A DNA stretch of 63,379 nucleotides, counting the filler, from Octopus bimaculoides (Eukaryota), in the NCBI RefSeq assembly GCF_001194135.2. It is 10 parts of 10 records of this genome, joined end to end, with 100 filler letters (N's around TTAATTAATTAA, not from the genome) between each part and the next. Parts side by side here need not be neighbours in the genome. Positions count along the whole stretch, not along the records: positions 48,594 to 52,712 come from NW_026313635.1; positions 52,813 to 55,465 come from NC_068994.1; positions 55,566 to 60,725 come from NW_026297408.1; positions 60,826 to 63,379 come from NC_068981.1; 6 more parts are not named here. One strand, written 5' to 3'. The notes under the pieces are model-generated. The model searched no databases and was not told the origin of the DNA. It worked only from the letters and a program-made list of their open reading frames with translations. Each line of letters starts with the position of its first letter. Within the stretch, counting starts at the first letter, position 1. Shown in pieces: positions 49,582-63,233 of the stretch. The translations under genes were made by a program, and so were the position numbers.

Positions 49582-50870
49582 TATCGTGTTTCCTTGAAAA
49601 TAAGATAGGGCTTATATTAATTTTCACTCGGAAATGATGCACTAAAGCTTATTTTCAAGGGTGTTCACATTTTTTCATGCACCGAAAAGCGACATTACGA
49701 AATAGAAAATTAGAAAATTACTAAATAAACAGAAATTACAAAAAAAACGATCCACATTTACTTGACGATTTACATGTTCTTTTACTCAGAAACTCACAAA
49801 CAACAATTTAGTCATGTCATCGTCTTCTGGAATGTCGTTGTTCTGCAAATCACCGGATTCCAAAATTCGTGTAGAGTTTTCGTGAAACTCCATTTCCTGC
49901 AGAACTTTCGTCCCCAATCTCTCATGTCGAGCAATAGAGGTCTCATTGAATGAGAAATTCTTATCCATGCGGCCTGCTCGTAGAGCATTGGCAACACAGC
50001 TGCCTGTGATTTTGTTCAATGAATTCGTCACCCAAGTCACGATCTCTTGCAGGCTGGGTTTCACAAAATCTCCACGCTGATTTCTCACCATTCTGTTTTC
50101 ATTATAGTCATTGACTTCCATGCGTAAATGGTCCTCGAATGGTTTATTTATTGCACTATCAAGAGTCTGGAGACAGCCAGTCATTCCTGTGGGAATCATG
50201 ATTGATCTATTCTTCTTTCTGCAGGGAAGTTCTTCATGTCTTTTGCACGGTGCCTGCTGGTTGAATCCCAGACTATCAGACCTCTTTGGCTTCCTCGTAA
50301 AATAAGTGGCAGCATGAAATCGATCCACTTCGTTAAAACTGCCTGTGAGCACCATGCCTTTTCAGTTTCCAGAACACAGATGCTTGAAACGCGTTCAATT
50401 TTATCCTTCCCGCCTTTAGTGATGAATAAAGGTGGGTCTTTACTTCCACCGAGACGAATTGCTAAAATACATGTAACTCGTGCACTTTCGTAACCAGTTG
50501 GGGGGAATGTAGACTGACGATGCACCCCTTTGATCAATTGTTGATTGGGGTCCTTGGCCCATGAACGCTGCAGTTTCATCCATAGCAATCACGTTGGAGT
50601 GACGGTATTAGGAAAAGTCTATCCCATCAGCAAAAGGCTTAAATGAAGGTGTGCGTTTAATAATCGCGGTATCTTCCAGTTTGAACAGTGTTGTCGGCCT
50701 TCTCAGAGGAAGTTCATATCGCTGAAGGAAACCATCCAACCAGTGTTTTGATGTTTTGAATTCTTCAATTACAATGGGTCCAATCAATCCATGAAAAGGT
50801 GAAAGCGATTCATGGCTTGGAAATCTCGAAACGGGGAAACTAACAGTTGTAAGATTAACGAACGGCATCG
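49582..50870 (-). mobile_element. pogo/Tigger-like DDE_1 transposon remnant
   Basis: FKTSKHWLDGFLQRYELPLRRPTT (CENP-B HTH end), then AMDETA, GLIVWDS and GMTGCLQTLDSAINKPF. A TIR-like CGTGTTTCCTTGAAAATAAGA lies at about 49585. Frameshifted. Confidence 0.88.
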
Positions 50871-51165
50871 ATTAAATATTAATATATTTTATTCTTACAT
50901 TATTCGATTTAATGTATTAAATTCACTTGCTTTGTTGAATTTGCTTTCAGACACACAAACGTGCGCGCGCGCGCGCAAACACACGCACATGCGTGGTTAT
51001 GTACATGTTTCTATTGTATGTAGATGTATTTATATGTCTATGTGTATGTGTGTGTGCGTCGTTGTGTATGCGTGTGTATGTATATATATATACTTATATG
51101 CATATATGGCTGTATATATGCATATATATATGTATATATGTGTGTGTATGCATGTATATATGTAT

Positions 51166-51196
<31 letters not shown>

Positions 51197-51201
51197 GATA
51201 T

Positions 51202-51236
<35 letters not shown>

Positions 51237-52040
51237 ACACATACACATATACATACACATATGTATGCACGTATATATCTACGTATCTACGTATGTCTCT
51301 TTATATTTGTGTATTTAAGGTGTGCCTCGCCCGTGCCACGCTCTACTAGGTATACACTACCAGAAATTACACCCACACACACACACACACACTATCAGTA
51401 GTTTAAAAATATGCCTCAACACACACACATTCATGCAGACGACATAATAACTACGTAGACATTGGCATTCAGTAAACCACGTAGACAGATACACACAAAA
51501 TTCTGTCGAAAGTAGACTTTAATATATATATATGCTTATATATATCTTTTTTCTTCTACTTGTTTCTGTCATTTGACTGCGGCCATACTCTAGCACCACC
51601 TTGAAGAATTTTTAGTCGTATGAATCGGCCCCAGGACTTATTTTTTTTGTTAAGCCGGGTACTTCTATTGGTCACCTTAAAACCTTCCCAAAAATAGATG
51701 CCAATATCATATGTATGTAGATATAATATATAATATATATTCTCGAGTGGTTTTACGTGGATCTTTCTCAATGATGGTCTTTACAAACCTCACACACTCA
51801 CATGTTCACTACTTATATATAAATACACATGCACGTATATGACAGTAACACAGATCACGGGCATATGAGCGTATTTTCATAGAATATCACATACCCACAC
51901 AAACACTTCACAAACACACTCTTGTATAGAGACCGATGCTGCACACACGTACACACACGCAAGCCAGCACACAAAGTCACACAAGTACACATACACACGT
52001 TTTCACAGGCAAACACACACACACACACAAACGCGTACAG

Positions 52041-52146
52041 AGAAAAGCGTAGACATCGCCACGCGTTCAGCATTCTCCATCTTGTAAAATATAAAGCAAG
52101 AAAAAACCCGGATGTCAATGAGCCGATATTTATCGGAGAGAACGAG
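52041..52146 (+). CDS. Candidate upstream exon of the plus-strand gene
   Basis: EKRRHRHAFSILHLVKYKARKNPDVNEPIFIGENE with donor GAG|GTACAG, phase 0 and compatible with 57730. The acceptor is weak. Confidence 0.3.
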
Positions 52147-52390
52147 GTACAGGTGCTTCGGGATGAACGGAGCAAAGGGTGCGTGTACGGGTGGAGGACG
52201 TTGGGTGGGGGTTGGGGTGGATATATGGTATGTGATGAACGTATGAGTATTTGGTTGGTGGGGGGGTGCGTTGAATGAAGCGGGTGGTGAACGATGTAAA
52301 ATCGGATAAAGATGCCCGACAGTGAATGATAACAATAAATATATATATGCATTTTATATATGTGTATATATGTATGTACGAATGTGTCTG

Positions 52391-52441
<51 letters not shown>

Positions 52442-55195
52442 CATACATATATAGCATGGTATGGACGCTTGGTCTGTATGTGTAGGTGGTGGTGGTGGTG
52501 GTGGAGAGATTGTAGTGTGACTATTCGCCGATCATAGTAATCTTTTCATCATCACCATCATCATCATCACCATCATCATCGTCATCATCACTCTGATTGT
52601 ATATCATCGTCAACACCAACCATTCCTCTAAGCTCTCCCCCCCCCGTACATCTATATTTCCATGTCTAACCTTCCTCTCTCTCCTTCAATCACTTAATGA
52701 AATCATAGCTTTNNNNNNNNNNNNNNNNNNNNNNNNNNNNNNNNNNNNNNNNNNNNTTAATTAATTAANNNNNNNNNNNNNNNNNNNNNNNNNNNNNNNN
52801 NNNNNNNNNNNNACAAAATAATCATGTCAAGTTTACACATGTGTGTTTGTGTGTGTGAATGCCTACCGTGTGTATATATTTATATATACATCATTATACA
52901 TATATGTATACAAGTTTATATGTTTTCTATATACACAAAAACTCAGACACTAATCAGCTAAGACGCACAGGTGCGCATATACGCGCTTCCACGTATAAGC
53001 ATACACAAATACTCTCCTATACACACACTGACACACATACACACACATATACATACATACGTACATACATACATAAATATGTGCGTGTGTGTGTGTGAGT
53101 GTGTGTGTATGTGTGTGCCTATATATATACAAGATGTAGAGTGCATTCACATAGTTCTTCTTTAGAACGCAAACTTATTCATAGCTGTCAGATAGAGTGA
53201 GATTTCCTGATACTTAATTTTACGGCTGAAGGAACCACCTAAATAATTGTTACCTTTTGCAATACTCAAAAAACATACACACGTACGCATAACACACATA
53301 CATAGTCATATATATATAGTCAATCCAAACATGAACAAGCAACAAAAAACAAAAGCGCGAGGACGTGGAACAAGTACTGTGTTATTGGACGCTCAGGAAA
53401 GGAAAGAAAAGAAAAAGAACTTCACGTTTCGAGCGGAGCTCTTCATCAGAAATATAGAAAAATTCAAAAGAAGGGAAAACGCCAATNNNNNNNNNNNNNN
53501 NNNNNNNNNATATATATATATATATACTTATTCATATATATTTATATACGCACAGACACACATGCACAAACACATATACATATACATATATATGTATTTA
53601 TAAATATTTATATATAACGCCTTCGTTCATTATTTATAGGCGCAGGAGTTGCTGTGTGGTACGAAGCTTACTTACCAGCCACATGGTTTCGGGTTCAGTC
53701 TCAATGCGAATCACCTTGGGTAAGTGCCTTCTGCTATAGCCTCGGGCCGACCAAAGCCTCATGGGTGGATTTGGTAGACGGAAACTAAAAAAGCCCGTCG
53801 TATACACATATATGTCTGTGTGTGAATGTCTACCGTGTGTATATATTTATATATACATCATTATACATATATGTATAGAAGTTTATAAGTCTTCTATATA
53901 CACATAAACTCAGACACTAATCAGCAAAGATGTGAATTGGCGATCAGGTCCACAAGTGATGTTGTGCGCGAGTCTAGTGCGAGTGAAAGTTATCCAGAAA
54001 ACGATTGTAAATGTTCTTGACATTCTTTTTACTTTACATAAAATATTCTTCACATTCTATTGTTGTTTTATTGAATATTTATTTAGGAGTATTATAAATT
54101 TTATAGGTAAAACATTTAACTGGGAACGAATTTCGCTTTATAAAATTTCTGTTAGATAAGGTTTATTGCCTGAATGTTTGAGTGCTTTGGTTTTAGTGCG
54201 TCTCATTTAAGGAATGTGTGTTTTGTTTTTTTAAATGGCATGCAACAATACCATGACAAAGTATATGCATTACTTTGCAGTGATTATGTGTGGATTTTTA
54301 ACATGTGCATTTATTATTGAATGTCAGTGTTCACTACGTAAGTATAGTGTGTGTGTGCATGTGAAGACGCTAATTGTGTTTGAAAAAATTATGGATATTG
54401 CTATATGTGTATGTTTGTAGTGTTTTTCGTATGTGTACATTGTGCATTGGGAAGATATTTGGCGAAGGGGATTATTTGAGTTCGCATTTGTAATGTATAT
54501 GTGTATGGCGAAGGGTTAAGGTGAGTTGGGCGGAGTGTTAAAGGAAAATGGATCGGGAGTTGAAACATGAAAAGAGAAAATTTGGAGGGAAAAAATGAAT
54601 TCTTTTTCTTACAGTGATGAGAATATTGTAATCCGATATGTGAAAGGAAACAAAATAAAGGGAAATGCCAGGTGAAGTGATCCGCTAAATGGAACTGGTG
54701 AGAGATGGGGTACTTGTTCTTGAAGCAGCTGTTTCGGAGTGGCCAGTCAGTCCTATATATAGTAATTGGGACTATTTTAGACTATAGATAAAATAATTAC
54801 ATTCGGAACTGAAGGAATCATTTATGTAGAAGGACTAGTTTTTAGTTCTTGTAAAAGTGAGTGTCTTCATGATGATCGGATAAGTGTGGCCGAAGGGGTC
54901 TGATATTTGAAAGATGGCTTGAGTCCAGAAATTAGTGCTAAGGTCTGCAACTTATATACGTTGTGGGTGCGTTTTATAGGAATGATGTTAGGGAAATTTG
55001 TGGACATATCAGGATTGAACAGGAAGAATCGGAAGGCGCCTAGGTTTACTGCAGAAGAAGAGCAAGATAGAGAGATCGTGGCTGGGCGAAAGGAAGGCAG
55101 TTGGCGGTCAGGTGGATATGGTATATTATGATGGAGGTGCAGTCGACTTCATAGATACGCTTGAACACGTATGAAGTCGCCCACACTTGGGAACT

Positions 55196-55427
55196 CGGCA
55201 GCGAGCTGGCAGAAACGTTAGCACGCCGGGCGAAATGCTTAGCGGTATTTCGTCTGCCGCTACGTTCTGAGTTCAAATTCCGCCGAGGTCGACTTTGCCT
55301 GTCATCCTTTCGGGGTCGATTAAATAAGTACCAGTTACGCACTGGGGTCGGTATAATCGACTTAATCCGTCTGTCTGTCCTTGTTTGTCCCCTCTGTGTG
55401 TAGCCCCTTGTGGGCAGTAAAGAAATA
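55196..55427 (+). mobile_element. Full-length SINE family C with 13-bp TSD
   Basis: TSD ACACTTGGGAACT at 55183-55195 and 55428-55440. Confidence 0.9.
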
Positions 55428-55565
55428 ACACTTGGGAACTTATGAACTCAACTTTCTAGTGTGGTNNNNNNNNNNNNNNNNNNNNNNNNNNNNNNNNNNN
55501 NNNNNNNNNTTAATTAATTAANNNNNNNNNNNNNNNNNNNNNNNNNNNNNNNNNNNNNNNNNNNN

Positions 55566-55895
55566 TCCCACTGCGTGGCACCTTGGGCAAGTGTCTTCTA
55601 CTATATAGCCTCGGGCCGACCAAAGCCTTGTGAGTGGATTTGGTAGACGGAAACTGAAAGAAGCCTGTCGTATATATGTATATATATATATGTTTGTGTG
55701 TCTGTGTTTGTCCCCCAACATCGCTTGACAACCGATGCTGGTGTGTTTACGTCCCCCGTAACTTAGCAGTTCGGCAAAAGAGACCGCTAGAATAAGTACT
55801 AGGCTTACAAAGAATAAGTCCTGGGGTCGATTTGCTCGACTAAAGGTGGTGCTCCAGCATGGCCACAGTCGAATGACTGAAACAAGTAAAAGAGT
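55566..55895 (+). mobile_element. SINE family B, near full length
   Basis: Shares its head with 13854, 16047 and 53638, and its tail with 26550-26730, 51570-51680 and 60600-60725. Confidence 0.85.
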
Positions 55896-57257
55896 AAATA
55901 TATTAAAACTATATATGTAAGATAATAGATTTAAAAAGAAGTTTGTAGGTGTAGACATAAATATATTAAAACAGATGTATACGTAACAGGGGCAGACTGA
56001 GAGTATTGAGGATTCTCGGGCATAACTGTTTACCGGACCCCTTAGCATTGATATGAATAAGTCAACATGTAGAGTGCAGGCCCTTTAGAACTCCAGGCCC
56101 TCGAGCAGTGCCTGATTGACTGACGGCTCAGTTTGCCTCTGATAAGTAAATACATTGAAGAAAGTCTGAAGTAGTGATGACAGGGAAATAAAAGATACAA
56201 GGGGGGAAAGAAATTAAAAGGCAGGATAGTTAAAAATAGTTAGAATAGGGAACCAGCGGCCGTTTCTAGAGGTAAATTGCCGGTAAAAATTAGGGTATAT
56301 AGTACCCATTATTTAGCAGTCATTCCTTCTTCAGTGTGACATGTTTTACATTTGCAAGTTGACAAATATATATATATATATANNNNNNNNNNNNNNNNNN
56401 NNNNNNNNNNNNNNNNNNNNNNNNNNNNNNNNNNNNNNNNNNNNNNNNNNNNNNNNNNNNNNNNNNNNNNNNNNNNNNNNNNNNNNNNNNNNNNNNNNNN
56501 NNNNNNNNNNNNNNNNNNNNNNNNNNNNNNNNNNNNNNNNNNNNNNNNNNNNNNNNNNNNNNNNNNNNNNNNNNNNNNNNNNNNNNNNNNNNNNNNNNNN
56601 NNNNNNNNNNNNNNNNNNNNNNNNNNNNNNNNNNNNNNNNNNNNNNNNNNNNNNNNNNNNNNNNNNNNNNNNNNNNNNNNNNNNNNNNNNNNNNNNNNNN
56701 NNNNNNNNNNNNNNNNNNNNNNNNNNNNNNNNNNNNNNNNNNNNNNNNNNNNNNNNNNNNNNNNNNNNNNNNNNNNNNNNNNNNNNNNNNNNNNNNNNNN
56801 NNNNNNNNNNNNNNNNNNNNNNNNNNNNNNNNNNNNNNNNNNNNNNNNNNNNNNNNNNNNNNNNNNNNNNNNNNNNNNNNNNNNNNNNNNNNNNNNNNNN
56901 NNNNNNNNNNNNNNNNNNNNNNNNNNNNNNNNNNNNNNNNNNNNNNNNNNNNNNNNNNNNNNNNNNNNNNNNNNNNNNNNNNNNNNNNNNNNNNNNNNNN
57001 NNNNNNNNNNNNNNNNNNNNNNNNNNNNNNNNNNNNNNNNNNNNNNNNNNNNNNNNNNNNNNNNNNNNNNNNNNNNNNNNNNNNNNNNNNNNNNNNNNNN
57101 NNNNNNNNNNNNNNNNNNNNNNNNNNNNNNNNNNNNNNNNNNNNNNNNNNNNNNNNNNNNNNNNNNNNNNNNNNNNNNNNNNNNNNNNNNNNNNNNNNNN
57201 NNNNNNNNNNNNNNNNNNNNNNNNNNNNNNNNNNNNNNNNNNNNNNNNNNNNNNNNN

Positions 57258-57560
57258 TTTATTGAGCGAAAACACCTAAAAGCTCCACGAGGCTCTGGCA
57301 GGGGATGGTGGCGAACCCTGCTGTACTCTTCCACCACAACTTTCTCTCACTCTTACTTCCTGTTTCTGTTGTGCCTGTAATTCAAAGGGTCAGCCTTGTC
57401 ACACTCTGTGTCACGCTGAATATCCCCCCCGAGAACTACGTTAAGGGTACACGTGTCTGTGGAGTGCTCAGCCACTTGTACGTTAATTTCACGAGCAGGC
57501 TGTTCCGTTGATTGGATCAACTGGAACCCTCGACGTCGTAAGCGACGGAGTACCAACAAC
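57258..57560 (+). mobile_element. SINE family A body
   Basis: Near-identical to 1020-1250. Confidence 0.85.
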
Positions 57561-57729
57561 AGTGTGTGTGTGTGTATGCATGTACATGTTTATAAGTGTG
57601 TGTAATTGTTTAGCCTAAGATAATTAACGAGCGAGTAGTTAAGGCTCTAGACTATGTTCACTAACAAACTTTCCTAATTCTTGGTATTAATGCTGCTGTT
57701 GTTTTTGTTTTTGTTGTCATTCTCCGCAG

Positions 57730-57826
57730 GAGCTGGAAAGGCAGGTACATTTCCGGCAACAAGCCCACCGCCTTATTGCTGAGGTGAGGGCCGACCTGGA
57801 GAAGCAGAGCGGATATATATCTGTAG
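57730..57826 (+). CDS. Exon of an unidentified protein, helical or coiled-coil-like
   Basis: Acceptor TCATTCTCCGCAG| and donor TAG|GTGAGT; 97 nt, phase 0 to 1. Encodes ELERQVHFRQQAHRLIAEVRADLEKQSGYISV. Confidence 0.8.
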
Positions 57827-57939
57827 GTGAGTGATGCTGGCAGGTGGCGGTACGGTGTTGTAGGAGTCCTTGTTGATTTTGTGTAGCAGTGGTGGTGCTG
57901 GTACCATATCAGGACAATTACACCCACCCCTACGACAAC

Positions 57940-58128
57940 TACCCCATAGGACAATTCCCTTCCGATGACAACTACCCCCTAGGACAATTCCCCTCCGACG
58001 ACAACTACCCCCTAGGACAATTCCCTTCCGACGACAACTACCCCCTAGGACAATTCCCCTCCGACGACAACAACCCCCTAGGACAATTCCCCTCCGACGA
58101 CAACAACCCCCTAGGACAATTCCCCTCC
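57940..58128. repeat. 33-bp tandem repeat GGACAATTCCCYTCCGAYGACAACWACCCCCTA
   Basis: At least five copies running into a gap; intronic. Confidence 0.92.
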
Positions 58129-59469
58129 NNNNNNNNNNNNNNNNNNNNNNNNNNNNNNNNNNNNNNNNNNNNNNNNNNNNNNNNNNNNNNNNNNNNNNNN
58201 NNNNNNNNNNNNNNNNNNNNNNNNNNNNNNNNNNNNNNNNNNNNNNNNNNNNNNNNNNNNNNNNNNNNNNNNNNNNNNNNNNNNNNNNNNNNNNNNNNNN
58301 NNNNNNNNNNNNNNNNNNNNNNNNNNNNNNNNNNNNNNNNNNNNNNNNNNNNNNNNNNNNNNNNNNNNNNNNNNNNNNNNNNNNNNNNNNNNNNNNNNNN
58401 NNNNNNNNNNNNNNNNNNNNNNNNNNNNNNNNNNNNNNNNNNNNNNNNNNNNNNNNNNNNNNNNNNNNNNNNNNNNNNNNNNNNNNNNNNNNNNNNNNNN
58501 NNNNNNNNNNNNNNNNNNNNNNNNNNNNNNNNNNNNNNNNNNNNNNNNNNNNNNNNNNNNNNNNNNNNNNNNNNNNNNNNNNNNNNNNNNNNNNNNNNNN
58601 NNNNNNNNNNNNNNNNNNNNNNNNNNNNNNNNNNNNNNNNNNNNNNNNNNNNNNNNNNNNNNNNNNNNNNNNNNNNNNNNNNNNNNNNNNNNNNNNNNNN
58701 NNNNNNNNNNNNNNNNNNNNNNNNNNNNNNNNNNNNNNNNNNNNNNNNNNNNNNNNNNNNNNNNNNNNNNNNNNNNNNNNNNNNNNNNNNNNNNNNNNNN
58801 NNNNNNNNNNNNNNNNNNNNNNNNNNNNNNNNNNNNNNCAATCATCATCATCATCATCATCATTTTTTAACGTCCGCTTTCCATGCTAGCATGGGTTGGA
58901 CGATTTGACTGAGGACTGGTGAAACCGGATTGCAACAGCAGGCTCCAATCTGATTTGTGCAGAGTTTCTACAGCTGGATGCCCTTCCTAATGCCAACCAC
59001 TCAGAGAGTGTAGTGGGTGCTTTTACGTGCCACAGGCACGAAGGCCAGTCAGGCGGTACTGGCAACGGACACACTCAAAATGGTGTATTTTATGTGCCAC
59101 CCGCACAAGAGCCAGTCCAGGGGCACTGGCAATGATCTCACTCGAAAATCCTATGAAGGCCAGTCACGCGGTACTGGTTGATATATATATATATATATAT
59201 ATATTATATGCGGATGAAAATTTCAATATCTTTTTATCATACGTGATTTACGGATTTCTTATCCCATCCGTATGAATATATGTAAGCGAATGATCCTTAT
59301 AAGAATTAATTCATTAAACGGAGTTCAATAAATGTCATCAAATGAAATTAAACGAAGCAGATTTTGTTGTTAATGATGGATTGTTCATTTATTCAATTAT
59401 CCCATACATATATATTTATGTATGTATGTATCTATGTATATATAATGTTGTTTTGTTGTAATGTTTCAG

Positions 59470-59606
59470 AGAAAGACCTTGACAACAACACAAAGTTCCA
59501 ACCCTTGAAACTAAAAAGGTTGTCATTAACCAAACCCAACATCAACTTGAGCCCCATCTCGTCGCCTGGGCCCACAGATACCACAGAAGATGTGCCCACC
59601 CCTACG
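59470..59606 (+). CDS. Exon of the same protein, Ser/Pro/Thr-rich
   Basis: Acceptor GTTTCAG| and donor ACG|GTAACT; 137 nt, phase 1 to 0. Encodes (E)KDLDNNTKFQPLKLKRLSLTKPNINLSPISSPGPTDTTEDVPTPT. Confidence 0.8.
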
Positions 59607-59677
59607 GTAACTACTCACTTCATTGTTGTTGTTGTTGTTGTTATTAAGGAAGCAAGCTAGCAGAATCTTTAACACAA

Positions 59678-59850
59678 GGTGGCGAGCTGGCAGAATCGTT
59701 AGCACGCCGGGCGAAATGCTTAGCGGTATTTCGTCTGCCGTTACGTTCTGAGTTCAAATTCCGCCGAGGTCGACTTTGCCTTTCATCCTTTCGGGGTCGA
59801 TAAATTAAGTACCAGTTAGGCACTGGGGTCGATGTAATCGACTTAATCCC
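59678..59850 (+). mobile_element. SINE family C
   Basis: Near-identical to 55197-55365. A degenerate reverse copy lies at about 62835-63035. Confidence 0.88.
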
Positions 59851-60003
59851 TTCTTCTTTTTCTTCTTCTTCTTCTTCTTCTTCTTTTTTCTTCTTCTTCT
59901 TCTTTTTCTCCTTCTTTTTCTCTTCCTTCTTTTTCTTCTTCTCTTCCTTCTTCTTTTTCTTCTTCTGATCCTCATCCACCCTCTTTCTTTCTCTCTGTTT
60001 CAG

Positions 60004-60076
60004 CCACCTCCACATGATGAAGATGAAAATTTAGAAAGCCAAAACAGTTTACTCAAAGTACCAGGTTTATCAGAAG
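60004..60076 (+). CDS. Exon of the same protein, acidic
   Basis: Long pyrimidine tract plus TTTCAG| and donor AAG|GTACGG; 73 nt, phase 0 to 1. Encodes PPPHDEDENLESQNSLLKVPGLSE. Confidence 0.78.
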
Positions 60077-60125
60077 GTACGGCCTCCTTGAAGACACTTT
60101 TTTTTTTCTTACACTTTTACACCTC

Positions 60126-60173
<48 letters not shown>

Positions 60174-60825
60174 TGTCTCTCTCTCTGTCTCTCTCTCTCT
60201 CTCTCTCTCAATATCATACCTGTACATTATAAAGATAACTAGTTCTAATGCTATCTGCTACCATGTACACATCCAGGGGTAAGATAGGCATTGCCTATGT
60301 ACGAAGAAGTTTGCTTCCCAGCCTCATGGTTCCAGGTTCAGTCCTACTTCATGGCACCTTAGCAGATGTTTTCTGCTGTAGCTTCTGACTGACCAGAGCC
60401 TTGTAAGAGAATTTAATAGACAGAAATGTCCCCATAATTTAGCAGTTTGGTGTAATGGTGTGAAAGACTGATATAATAAGTCTTGGGGTCAATTTGACTA
60501 ATAATTTTTCAAAGCAGTGCTCCCGCATGGCCATAATCTAATGACAAAAACAGATAAAAGATATATGGGTCATGTGTGTGTGTGTGTACATATATATATT
60601 CCTTTATTTGTTTCATTCATTTGACTGTGGCCATGCTGGAGCACTGCCTTTTAGTCGAGCAAATCGACCCCAGGACTTATTCTTTGCCGAACCGCTAAGT
60701 GACGGGGACATAAACACACCACCATNNNNNNNNNNNNNNNNNNNNNNNNNNNNNNNNNNNNNNNNNNNNTTAATTAATTAANNNNNNNNNNNNNNNNNNN
60801 NNNNNNNNNNNNNNNNNNNNNNNNN

Positions 60826-60859
<34 letters not shown>

Positions 60860-61066
60860 GCTGAATCAGGTACTTCAGTTGAAGCACCAAGTCAGTCCGT
60901 TATTATCCGTACAGTTCGAAATAAACTGAATAAAATCGAAATAAGCAACAGGATATCAAGAAGTGATGCAGTACGACCGTTTCAATTGGCTCCATCTAAT
61001 TGGCTTGGTATGGTCATAAATATTGTCACTTCTTGATATCCTGTTCTTTATTTTGATTTTATATAC

Positions 61067-61109
<43 letters not shown>

Positions 61110-61360
61110 CGTTTGCATAACTATAAGTTAGATATGTTTCTGCCAAAGATGAGCGTAAGCCATGTTTTACATACTTACATACATGCAAGCAGACAGACAG
61201 TCAAATAGAGAAACATAGTTACTGACATGGATGCATATAATGAATGACGATGTTTATGTTCAGATATAAAATTATATTATCAATTTGTTCTTGCTCTGAA
61301 AATAGCAATATAAAAGGATACGAAACCATGTTTGGTAAAGTATTGCTTTCAATCACACAG

Positions 61361-61443
61361 CTGAAAGCAAAGAACCGCGCTATATATATAAATACCTGGT
61401 AGATCTGGACGTCAATCTTGAGACACACGTTCTGGAATATTGA
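61361..61443 (+). CDS. Candidate terminal exon A
   Basis: Acceptor TTTCAATCACACAG|, phase 1. Encodes (A)ESKEPRYIYKYLVDLDVNLETHVLEY*. Confidence 0.3.
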
Positions 61444-63233
61444 ATGGGAAGATTGTGTTTATAACAAGTTGTTTTTCTCGATACGAAATCAGCGACTGTG
61501 TGTCGCATAAAAGAATATGTAGTATTTGCAAGTGGAGAGAGCTTTCGTTACTAGCTTTTAGTTGTGTCACACTGAGGACGGATAACATCCTGAAACTTAG
61601 GACTGAGAGCGATGACTTCCCTTGCAAATGCTATACGGACACAAACTGTCTGTTGGCAGCCAGCTGGTAAAGATGTATTTTTTCCTTGGCTAAAACAACA
61701 AAAAACATCGTCCGTTATAGGACTGCCACATTCTGTTGGCATATAAACATTACTATCCGAGACAGTTACTGTATTTTCCTCGCTCAGAGATTTAAAACAT
61801 TGTTTTTGTCTACTAGTGGAACTAGTTTTACTTTAATTGAATCAAACATTGTTTATTGCAACCTTAGTTTCAGATATTGCTATACACATAGTTTAATGCT
61901 TTAAGCTAATAATTGTTATTGAAAACGTTTCATCCCAAAGTTATCAGATGAAGCTTTTTCTAACACACACACACGCACACACACGCGCGCGCACCGACAT
62001 ACATAAGTATATTTGAGAATGTGGGTAAAAGAAAATATGGGTTGGGGGTTAGTTATAGTTTTATTAAAAATATTCCCCTCTCAGTTTAACACACTAATTA
62101 CAGTGGTCTGTCAGGTTTTTTAAACCATGTAAATGACTTGGAAGGCCCAGCATCTCACCAGGACTTTCGCGATAACCTTACAGCCAGGAGCCTTTTAGCT
62201 CGTCCGCTGTATATATTAGGTACAGGCATATGTATAATATCATCATTTAAAAGAGAATAGATGAAAGCTACTTCATAATTCTGTTGTGTAGCAGAAGCAT
62301 CCTGTTGAGACTCAGCGAAGTTTGCAGCGCCAACCATTAATTATAGCCTATATGTGACATGTTTGACATGTATTTCTTTACAAAGCAGTGTTCCTGCACC
62401 TATATTTATATCCACTCTTCAGTAATCGCTGGGCATAATTTAGAAACGATCCATAATCTAACTTCGCAGTTTACTCCCAATTGTGACTGTTAAACGAGAA
62501 AAAATGTCATCTCCTTCATCTAATCTATCACCGTGAACATCGGTTTTCTCTTTTGCATTCAGATTTATCTTTCTTATCCCATCACTACTCTGCTACTTAT
62601 AGGCTTTTTCCTTCCTGTAATCCCTTTTACGCTCAGCCAGCATATTCAGTATATCAAAAAACAAGCAACAACATATATTTTCCTACCACACCGAATTTTG
62701 CCTCTATATTCCTTCTTCTACAAGTAATTCTGAGATAAAATAAAAATGGATCGCCACGTAGCAAAATCTTCGAAACAACTTATAAACCAATTTATAAAAA
62801 TATCAGTTTAACGAAAATATTTATTTAAAATTTTGGCACAAGGGCTGCAATTTCTGGGAATGGGTAGGTAGATTACATCCACCCAAATTTTCAACTGTGA
62901 AGTATTTTATCCACCGCAAAAGGATAAAAGGCAAAGTCAATCTCGGTGGAATTTCAACTCAAAACGTGAAAACGGACGAAATGGTGGGGAATTTCTCGAC
63001 CGCCGTGCTAACCATTCTGCCTGTTCACTGCCTTACACTGCAATGGAAATATTGATATAGCAATACATCATTCAATAACCTACTGTTAATATAATTATAC
63101 AGAAAAAAAACATATATGTACGAATGTAAATATACAACGCAAACACAAATATATAAGGGAAATACATCGGGCGAAAACGGCATGTCTAGGACAACTCAAT
63201 ATATCTAGCGTGACATTCACCTCCTTATGCAAG

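Larger units (their letters stand above)
54450..56330 (-). mobile_element. Degenerate Penelope-like element (GIY-YIG remnant) interrupted by SINEs
   Basis: A reverse-strand remnant CNYFIYSL...LYIGLTG lies at about 54740-54815 in purine-skewed sequence. Confidence 0.4.

Noticed and set aside
62155-62337. Minus-strand ORF ending KSW with TG|GTGAGA as a TRPA1 pre-S1 exon
   Set aside because: The phase fits, but the sequence does not resemble the TRPA1 pre-S1 helix and it lies 30 kb away across several linkers.
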